64,000 nucleotides of DNA, from NCBI GenBank assembly GCA_002269645.1, contig NIVC01002601.1, positions 1 to 64,000 on the forward strand, read 5' to 3'. The stretch is from Macrostomum lignano. Its lineage: Eukaryota. The notes under the pieces were generated by a model. That model was not told the origin of the DNA. It made no database searches and saw only the letters and a list, made by a program, of their open reading frames with translations. This document shows positions 52,359 through 64,000 of the stretch, piece by piece. A program made the position numbers and the translations under genes. The first letter of the stretch is position 1; every line of letters starts with the position of its first letter.

Positions 52359-52589
52359 AGATTTTTATTAGGGTTTCAATGAGTCCTGACACACCTAAGT
52401 GATCAGCTCTGGCTACTCGGCTATTTCGGCCAGCGATATGTTATCATTAAGTTCGATAATTAATTCATTAAGTTCGACCATAGACAAAATGTTCCGGGCC
52501 TCATACTGATGATTGCATTCATGTTTCGGCCCGAGAAATCTAGGAATAATACGGTAAATATTTTTGTGATTGAATGTATCTAGACATTA

Positions 52590-53626
52590 AATAAGCAATG
52601 TAACGATATATACGGATTTTTTCGCTACGCAGCTTCAGCTTACGCAATTGCTGCCGTGAAAGAATCTGTCGTCTATACCGTTATTGTTACCCTTTTGAAT
52701 GAAATTGACTGTTGCCGGATTTCTATAGTCAAATTTTCTTCTGTTGTCTATGGCACTTTGAAATAGCAGTAAGGATAATCAGTCAATCGTTTATGATAAT
52801 CGGAAAGGACAGTGAAGACGACTAGCGTAACTGTCATAAATTAATTCTCTAGTGGATTTTGTCGAAATACCCGAAGAAAAAGGATCTATAATTCGCTACG
52901 AATACATTACTGGCGGAGAAATGTGGACTCTCCACAGACGAGTTGGCTTTTGTCGCCCGAGAGTCGAGCAATCGCTTTGTTCTGGAGATTAACAATTTGA
53001 ATGCGTCTTCCAGTACCGAAGTGCTACCTTAGCTGACTAGCGAAGATCTGCAAATGCTGGACCGGATTGAGAATGAATCTGTGCCGAAATCGACAGAGAC
53101 TTCAAATGAAAACTTCTCGTGGCAAGGTTCGGCCAGTTCCTCGATGAGAAGGGACTCAGCCAAGAGTTTGAGCGTTTACCGAATTGATTCTTGAACGATT
53201 ATTTGAGGCTTTTCTATTCGTCTCTTCGAAAGCAGAATGGAATTCATACTAACGCGCCGAAGTCTCATCTGTTTTCGTGCGGCCATTCAACGGCACCCGG
53301 AATCCCCGTCCGTCAATCGCCTGGTGAACACCATTACCGGAGGAACAAAATTACTCCGTTGCTTTTGTTGCTGTTCGTCGTTGTCATGTTCGATTCTTTT
53401 CTATAGCCAAATGCTTCCGTTAATTTTCCGGCAACCATCTAAAACAGCCGGCAGACAATAGAAATCGCAGTGTAATTCCGGGATTCCCTAGGGAAATCCC
53501 AGGGACGCGAAAGACCGCTTTCATCGTTTAGCAATTAAGTTTTTGCCAAGGACAACTTGATAAATCAACTAGTTATCAAGTTGTCCTTGGTTTTTGCAGA
53601 AAGTCTTACTGCCGAAAACCATAGAC
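52590..53626 (+). pseudogene. Second, degraded copy of Crypton family B (N-terminal YR remnant)
   Basis: Homologous to the reverse complement of 26098-26990; YLRLFYSSLRKQNG...SLICFRAAIQRH; same 3' end TGCCG(G/A)AAACCATAGAC; 18-bp-arm hairpin at ~53547-53591. Confidence 0.75.
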
Positions 53627-55783
53627 AATAGTGTACGAGTAAAATATGAATACTTGCTCTATAGTGTTATAATATGCAGAGAGAATAAACTTCATGAGTC
53701 TGTTAAGCATAGTTTAAGCAATACAACATAGACCGCATCCCCGCAAACAGCGGAATCTTTCTATAATAAATGATTTTCAGTTTGATTTTAATCGCAGCAC
53801 AAATATGAACATTTTGTGTATGGTGTAAGCTCCAATTGTAGGTTAGTTACTTACCATTGTGAATGTAGTTGTGAATTCTAGTTGCTTGTCTTGTACAGAC
53901 GCTAAGCCAATCCGAGTTCCAGTTGAAACCACAGAAACACAACTTCGAAGGTCGTAACGATTACTTCGCGAGCACACTTTTATACTCATTTGTGCCCAGC
54001 TAGTAAAGCATTATAAGTAGATAATAACTCAATGTAATTATTTATATATTCACCAGAGAAATTTGTTAAAGCAAACGAAAAAACGGGAGGGGAGTCACAT
54101 TTGCCGCAGGTTGGAAAGAACCAAAAGAGAAAAAAAACAAAAACAAACACAAAAACACAAAATTGGAGAAAAAATTGGACAGAAAAAAACTATCATGAGA
54201 CTGAGGAACATTGCAACAATTCTGACAGAGGGAGACAATGAAACCATTGCAAAGTTAGCGGCAAACAAGTAGCGCAAAGTGACTAAATATTGAGAAACAG
54301 GGCTCGCAAAGCTGGACCAGTCTAACGCAAGAAGTAAAAAAGAGCAGAAATCAGACAAAAAAACGGGAATCAGATAGAGAGTTGGCTGTTAAAACAAAGA
54401 ATAAACTCAAATAATATAAGAGAAACAAGCTGGTAGGAGAGGACCAGGAACAGAGGGGGAGACAAAAAATCAATGGCACGAGTGGCTGATCGAGGACAAA
54501 ATGTAGTTAAAGACTTGTATAGCACTTTTCAATATAATTGATTGCAACTTCTGTACCTATAAGTGAGAAAACAATTCGAGATGAATGGGGAAAACAAATT
54601 TGATTAAAACAGCCATTTGAGCAACGGAAACGGAGGGGTAGTGCGAATCAAAAATATACGATAATGATAATTATGTTCATAATTCTCTCTACACAAATCG
54701 TACAAGTAAATCGCGGTGCAGCCCATCATCAAAACAAGTGTCAGGGAATGGAAGAGCGCTAGAAACAATTCGACACAAAAAGTTTTTTTGCAGGAAACTC
54801 AAAAAGGAGAAATTATTGCCTTTTATCTGATAATATCACACCTGCAATGTAGTAACGAACGACAAAACATTTAATCGCAGTACCAATGACACCAGGTTAT
54901 GAGCGTATTAACAAACGAGTAATATAGTAGAAGTATACTTTGGAATATAATGGATTATCAGTATAACTTCCCTTTCCTGTGAGCATACATATATGAAACT
55001 AGAAATAACTTCGGAATGGTAAAGCGATTAAGAAAGAGCAAATGGGCCCAATTAGCAATCCATTATATTCATATTGATGGCTGAGACAGGCTAATAAGTG
55101 TCGAGACGCCTCAGCTATATATATATTACCTAGATTGCGAGTCTATGATGGACGAACATGTTTAACCAAACAAAGTGAACAATCTTCCCCTACCGTTTGC
55201 CGTGAAATTGGATGAAATAGCAAAATTTGCCTATGGTCTATGGTCCAAATAAACTATGGTTTCTTCGGACAAATACATGTTTTAACACAAGGCCATAGAC
55301 TTGTTTGACCGGGACAAATGGGGGTTATAATTATAAATTCCTTTAACCAATGTAATCTGGGTAGGAGCTCAGTTGGACCATAGACAAAAGGGCCTGTCAA
55401 CTTAAGCTCATCGCTTTCGTCGCTTTTTTTGCCAGACCCAGCTTCTTTGTGAGCGGACTGAAGTATCATTTGTGTACATAGGTCATAGCTCCACTTTATG
55501 AGCGTAAGTTGACAGGCCCTTTCCGGAAAGCGAACTGAAGGTCAATTTAAATGTTTCGTCTCCAGACTAGCAATCCAGGTGTATATCATTATTGTTTTGT
55601 TATATACGCGCTTTGGTTAAACGCCCAGGCCAGGAAAAGTAAATAAAAAAAGCAATTGTCAACAAACAGAAATACGGTCTAGCAGAAATGATTAATTCAT
55701 CAACAAACTAATAAAGAACCGACACCCGGGTGAAAGGAATAGAAGAAAAAAACGCTTTGAAAATTTGGAGACAATTAATTTAG

Positions 55784-56881
55784 TTAGTTCTCGCGTCTGG
55801 CTCGACGCTTCTTGGAGCTGGGCGCTTCAACCCAGGCGGAGGAGCCGTCAGCCTCCTCAGTGGCAGGCAAGGGCGGCGGATCAGCAGCAGCAGGAGGCTT
55901 GGGACCTTCCGACTGCTGTTGCTGCTTCTGCTGTTTGTTAAGCTTCTTTAACTTTTTCTTAGCCGAGCCGGAAGTCTGGCTTGAACTGCCTCCACCGGAG
56001 GCCGCATTGCTAGCGATGTCTTCTGCATCGTCTTCAACAAGGGAGGCAATAGCCGGGCCGCTACTGGTCGAAGGCGGATCGGAATGGTGCGACACCGGCG
56101 GCGAGAGAGACGCGGAGCTGGCGCTTGACGGCGGCGAGAAGTCAGCGAGGACAAAACCATCTACTTCTATAGGCTGCTTGCGCGATTTCTTTGACTTCTT
56201 TGGCGTAGAAGCGGACTGGGCAGCCGCGGCAGGCTTTGAAGGCGATAGGGGCACTTCGACAAAGCTGGTGCCCAGACCGGAGTCGTTTGCGCTACTGTCA
56301 ACAGCCTTAGGCGACTGTGTCTTGGCTTTGGATAAATCTTGCTTAACCTTTGGCTCTTCCTTCTTGGCCTTAGGCTCTTCCTTCTTGGCCTTAGGCTCTT
56401 TCTTGGCCTTGGGCTCTTCCTTGGCCTTAGGCTCTTCCTTCTTGGCCTTAGGCTCTTCCTTCTTGGCCTTAGGCTCTTCCTTCTTGGCCTTAGGCTCTTC
56501 CTTCTTGGCCTTAGGCTCTTCCTCTTTAACCTTAGGCTCTTCTTTCTTGGCTTTGGGTTCTTCCTTCTTGGCTTTCAGCTCTTCCTTCTTAGCCTTTGAC
56601 TCTTCCTTCTTGGCTTTGGGTTCTTCCTCTTTAGCCTTAGGCACTTCTTTATTGGCCATAGACTCCACTCCAGGTTCCACTTTCTGTTCTGATTTTTCTT
56701 CCTTTTTATAACTCCTAGTTTTCTCTTGCTTTGTCAGGTGCTGCGGCTCCTTCTTCAGCGCTTTCTTCTTGCCGCCGGTGGTCACCTCGAACCAAGCGTC
56801 GGCAGCGTCAGCAGCGGCGCCTGCTGGTGGAGCTCGACGAGCAACAGATGCGCTGACCTTCACAGTCTCAGGCGTTGGTGT
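55784..56881 (-). CDS. Terminal exon of a Lys/Glu-rich low-complexity protein, possibly metadherin/LYRIC-like, with KEEPKAK heptad repeats
   Basis: TTTTTTAG acceptor at 56882, phase 0; the C-terminus WVEAPSSKKRRARREN resembles metadherin ...KKKKKARRET; about 13 x 21-bp coding repeats. Confidence 0.6.
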   Translation of the reverse strand, partial: TPTPETVKVSASVARRAPPAGAAADAADAWFEVTTGGKKKALKKEPQHLTKQEKTRSYKKEEKSEQKVEPGVESMANKEVPKAKEEEPKAKKEESKAKKEELKAKKEEPKAKKEEPKVKEEEPKAKKEEPKAKKEEPKAKKEEPKAKKEEPKAKEEPKAKKEPKAKKEEPKAKKEEPKVKQDLSKAKTQSPKAVDSSANDSGLGTSFVEVPLSPSKPAAAAQSASTPKKSKKSRKQPIEVDGFVLADFSPPSSASSASLSPPVSHHSDPPSTSSGPAIASLVEDDAEDIASNAASGGGSSSQTSGSAKKKLKKLNKQQKQQQQSEGPKPPAAADPPPLPATEEADGSSAWVEAPSSKKRRARREN

Positions 56882-56958
56882 CTAAAAAATAATAAATTGC
56901 TGTGGAACCCAAAAAATCTTTTAAAAAATTGAAATAAACAGTTTAAAAATTTAGTTAC

Positions 56959-57054
56959 CACAGTTACAGAGGCAGCTGTAGCTGAAGCAGTCTGTCCTTG
57001 CTGCTGCTGTTGGCCTTTGGTCTTCACTTGCTGTGTAGCTGAGGCCAACTTTGC
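56959..57054 (-). CDS. Internal 96-nt exon of the same gene
   Basis: TAACAG acceptor (57055) and GTAACT donor (56958), both phase 0; 77-nt intron to the next exon. Confidence 0.65.
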
Positions 57055-58119
57055 CTGTTAAACAAAAATATTTGAAGCAGTATAAAATTATTAAAGCTAT
57101 TTGATTTTTTGAAAAAGAAAACTATAGCACTCATTGACAACACAATCTATACAAATGTAAGACAAAAAAGACCAGACTCGAATTTTAGGAGGCAGGTTTT
57201 TCGAGAAAATACACTACAGAGATAGGAAGTCTTCATTTTTTTAGCACATAAATATATAGCTGTGCATTTGCTTTTATGAATCTATTTTATCATCTTGATT
57301 ACATATATTGTTATATAATCAACTGATTGATAGTAGAATCCTAATTGTGTAAACCTAGTATAATCAACTTGAACACTTAACTTGCAACTTTCTAGTCTAT
57401 CTAGATGCATTGTTAATATTAATATTGTTAATGTATATTTAATTATTAAAATTAATAATAAATTAAAGTATTATTAATGCTGCAAAAGGCCTAATATAAC
57501 CAAATGACAATCAAGTAACATGTACTATTAAAATCATAATATATATATTACATTATTCTATATATATTAGTCTTATTCAATTTAACTTACTACAAAAGCA
57601 AAACAATATTAGATTTAGAAAATTAATAAAACCATATTATTAAAAAAATTATACATAGCCACAAAAATAAAAAAATATTTAGAACTAAGAATAAGATTAG
57701 ATTAGGAACAAAATATTTATAACATTTGATAACTAGAACTAGGCTTATTTAATTATTCAATATATTAATAATAGGCTTAGTCATAGACCCAATGTTTAAT
57801 AATAAAAATAATTAAAATCCTTGTAAAATTGTATCTTTGGCCTTTTATAAGATATAAAAAATAAATTTTAAACTTGTTTTTAATATATCATATTACAAGC
57901 TGTTGAAACCCGCGGATTTTGAACCCGGGGAACTCCATTCCCCGGAATTATTTTTGCATGTATTCTAAAATCTGAGGTAAAACTCAAACAAAAATTTGTT
58001 CCCTTGTTAATAGTTAGGATAGAGTTAGGATCATGTAAAATTAGGATTTGAGGCAAACATTGATATTGTTGGCTGGGGTGCTACGCAGAATGTCAGGCAA
58101 ACTCTGGCCTCTACGTACC

Positions 58120-59650
58120 TCTGCCTCTCCCTATGTCCTTTGCATCCTTTGAAACTTCCATCTTCTTTTCTGTTTCCTATCTTCTCTCTCGTCTCTTCTC
58201 TCTCTCCCCTCTTATCTTTTCTTTCTTCTCTCCTCTCTCGTCTCTTCTCTCGTCTCTTCCCTCTCCCCTCTATTCTTTTCTCTCTCTTCTCCTCTCTTCG
58301 CTCTGGTCTCTGGTCTCTCAAATCTCCTTTCTCCTGTTTTATCTTTTCTCATTTCTCTCTGCTCTCTACTCTGTCTTCCCTCTGCTCTCTGCTCTCTCTT
58401 CCCTCACCTCTCTTCTCACTCCTTACTCTACCTTCTCTCAACACTTTCCTTATCTCTACTCTCTCCTTTTTCCTCTCTTCTCTCAACTCTTTCCTCTCCT
58501 CTGTCCACTCTCTCCTCTCATCTCTCTGCTCTCTCCTATCCTATCTCTCTTCTCTCTCTTCTCTCCCCTCTTTCCTCTCCTCCCTCGTCCTTTTCACCAA
58601 TTTCCCCTGTCCTCTCGATTCTCTCCCTTCCCCTCCTCTCTCCTCACTCACTTCTCATCTCTCCCTTGTCTACACCTCTCATCCCTTATTTCTTATCTCT
58701 CCTCTTTTTTCTCTACTCTCCCATCTCTCGTCTGTTCACTCTCGTTTCTGCTCTCTCATCTCCCCTCTCTTATCAGTCATCTTTACTCTCATATGTTCTC
58801 TCACCTCTCCCCTTGTACTCCTCTCTTTTCCCTTTTTGACTCAGGAGGACTCGATCCTTTCTTCTTTCTTCTCGTCTCTTCTCTTCTCTCTTCTATACTC
58901 TCTCCCTCTCTTGTCTTCTCTCTTCTCTCTCACTCTCCTCACTCCTCTCTTATATCGTCTGTTCACTCTCATCTTTGCTCTCTCATTCCCCTCTCTCTTC
59001 TGTCATCTCTACTCTCCTCTCTACTGTGTACTCTTCTCTTTCCCCTCTTCTGACTCCTCTCTTTCTAGCTTACTCCTCTCTTCTCTTCCCTCTTCTATAC
59101 TCTCTCCCCTCTATTCTCTTTTCTCGTCTCTCCGCACTCTGCTCTCTCTTCCTTCATCTCTCATCTCTACTCTACTCTCTCATATTTCATTTCATCTCAC
59201 TTATCTCTACAATCTCATCTCTTTCCTCTCTCCTCCTCTTCCCTTTACTCTATCATCTCTCCTTTGTCCTCTCTTCTTTCTAAACTCTCTCTCTCATATC
59301 TATCTTCTCTCTTCCCACTCGTCTCTTCCCCTCTTATCTCCTCCCCTCTATCCTTTCTAATCCCCCCTCTCGATACTCTCATCTCCTCTTTGTTCTCTCA
59401 TCTCACTCTTCTCAACTCTCCTCTCTCATCGATCCTCTGTCTTATCTCTCCCCTCTTCTCTCTCCATCTTCTCACCTCTACTATTTCCTCTCCCTTCTCT
59501 CTCCCCTCCTCTCGCTTCTTCGTCCCATATTCTCTGCTCTCTCCTCAACCTCCTCGTACGTCTCTCCTGTTATCTTCTATCTTTTCTTTTATCCCCTCTC
59601 GCCCCTCCTCCCTTTCAAATAGTCTATTCCTTTTCCTTTTCACTCTCATC
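58120..59650. repeat. ~1.5-kb degenerate CT-rich (polypyrimidine) low-complexity tract
   Basis: Directly visible. Confidence 0.95.
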
Positions 59651-60369
59651 TGGCCCGTAGCCATGAGTTGGATTCTTTATCTGGCCTTTGAGATTGAGAT
59701 AAAAATCTGCCGATCCCTGCTTCGAAAGCCAGTTTGTAGGACGTAGTACTATCGTGGTTGTTATCATTTCTCATGCTTTAATCACGTCATCTTTCTGGCC
59801 AATTAGCAGCCCTGAGAGAAATTTGTATATCTCCAGCTCCACCACAACAGTCTGCAGCAGTCTAACAAACAACCAAGGAAATACGCATTTCTTAGGAGGC
59901 CATTTAAATTTTAAAGTACCTTATGCGAATCTTAATGTTAAAATTTTCATGGTGCAAGTGTAACTAATTTAGTAGGATTGCATTGTAATCAGTTATTCAT
60001 TAATTTTTCGATATTTTTTACAAACCCCTTGATTTGCCATCCTTGTTTAACTGCTGCAGACTTGTCTATTCAGAGGACAGTGGTTTGAAATTGAATCTCT
60101 CGCTAAACTCTCTCCTCTCTACGCCTCTCCACTTGCGGGGGGGTACAGAGAAGGCTATTAAAAAGTTATTCCAAAACACTGTACATTCGCTATGTACATT
60201 GAGCCCTATCGCCTGACCCTTCGTCTGGACTGGGTGATTGGGGGAATGAGTGAGTTGAGCGCCACAAACAACAGAAAAAGCAGACAAACTTCACATGCTT
60301 ACAGTTTCTTTTTCGGTTGAGTTACAGAGTTGAAACTTTACATTTAGACAGAGAATGAGTCAATGAAGA

Positions 60370-60890
60370 ATTGTGTCAAGTTTGAAGTCAATCGCTTTAC
60401 GTGGAGCAAACTTATGGCAGCTGAAAGTTAGTCAATTTTGAAACCCTATTACACATCTGGGTCCAGATCGGGAAAGAGAGGCAGGCGGGCGGAGGTTGGG
60501 GTGGTTGCTACGCTGAAAAAAACAGCCTAACTTTAAAAGTGCACAGCACCGCTCAGGATTAACTTTGAGACTTGAAATTTTACACGATTGTGTCAAAATA
60601 GTTGAAAATTGTCTGTGTCAAATTTGAAGAGAATCGGTAGAAGTGGAGCGGCGCTATGGAGGATTTAGTGAAAAAATCGCGCATTTTGAGCAGTTTTTTG
60701 TACTTTTAGGTAGGAAGACTTGAGTCTAGGAAATTAAAAGGTAGCCTAAGACATTCTCCGTAGTGAGTTTAGGGTGGGTGTAAAATTTGGTGTAATTTGG
60801 TTGAGCGGTTTGGGAGTCCATAGCGATCAAAATTGTCCACACACAGACAGACACACACACACACAGAGTTTTGATTTTTATAGGTAGAGA
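60370..60890. mobile_element. Helentron/DINE-1-like non-autonomous element (HINE-like)
   Basis: AAATTTG...AATCGG motifs, ACAGACAGACACACAC microsatellite and TATAG-type end; family resemblance only. Confidence 0.45.
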
Positions 60891-61060
60891 TAGTAAAGCC
60901 TAATGCCTAAGGCCTATTATTTTTACAAAAAATGAGACAAATTATCCTATTGTTTTATTTTTTGCTAAATTGCTTATAAATAGAAAATGATTAATACTAA
61001 TAGATAAGAAAAGTGAACAAACAACTTTGTGATTAATAATATAACCAATAACAATAAGTT

Positions 61061-63488
<2,428 letters not shown>

Positions 63489-64000
63489 AATAACAATAAG
63501 TTTTATTTTAATATTATATATAATAATTAGCATTTTATGCTAAATTTCTATACTTAATTACATTTTTATGATTTATTGGGATTATAAAACTGATAAAAAG
63601 TACCTATGAATGGCTAGGCCCTATGCTAAAAAAATTAGACCTCTATATTTACAGATATAATCATTTTTAGTATATGGGATTATGATAGGCCCTATGATAG
63701 TAAATTAAAGTTTTGTATATTCCTAAATGAAATTTCTCTTAAAAGGGGCTAATAGGAGTACTTTAGGCCTAGTATAATAACTAGGGGCCTAACCAATACT
63801 GTACAGGTATTTGTATTGAGATAACCATTGGCGTGGGCCTACTTATAAATATTAATATTAATACAAGCCAATGTTAGTTGCTATTACTTTGCTATTACTA
63901 ATGCCTATATTAGGCCTATTTACAAAAAGTCAAAAAAAATCGGCTTCTTCATCAAAATATTTTAGTTGCAAGCAAGTGTTATTTTAAAAACTTATACCTT

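Noticed and set aside
58031-59746. Long Leu/Ser-rich 'membrane protein' ORFs
   Set aside because: Artefact of the CT-rich tract

Overview
Eukaryotic (animal) genomic DNA, very rich in repeats. GC-rich gene islands sit among micro- and minisatellites. This style is reminiscent of a free-living flatworm such as Macrostomum, but that is an inference only. Host genes: first coding exon of a Rab10-like GTPase, an intronless 7TM/GPCR-like gene, a divergent CDK4/6-like kinase (DFG->DFN), a two-exon PRR5/Protor gene, the 3' exons of a lysine-rich metadherin-like gene, and two unassigned exons. Mobile DNA: a very young full-length Ty3/Gypsy LTR retrotransposon (26987-35222; 421-bp LTRs with one visible mismatch, TATC TSD, tRNA-Gln-type PBS); a Crypton-type tyrosine-recombinase element with all catalytic residues; a likely non-autonomous derivative of it; two truncated copies of a second Crypton family; a 5'-truncated RT+RNase H LINE with a 14-bp TSD; Tc1/IS630-like and hAT-like MITEs; tRNA-derived SINE heads; and Helentron/HINE-like units. 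The most striking observation is a cold-shock (CSD/OB-fold RNA-binding) domain, resembling the UNR/CSDE1 type, fused in frame in the Gypsy polyprotein between the Gag CCHC knuckle and the protease. Second, the 8-mer CCATAGAC/GTCTATGG recurs about 20 times around the Crypton-related palindromic modules. All seven frameshifts in recognisable ORFs are -1 (single-base losses), which points to assembly error rather than decay. All domain calls are from motif recognition by eye; no database searches were run.
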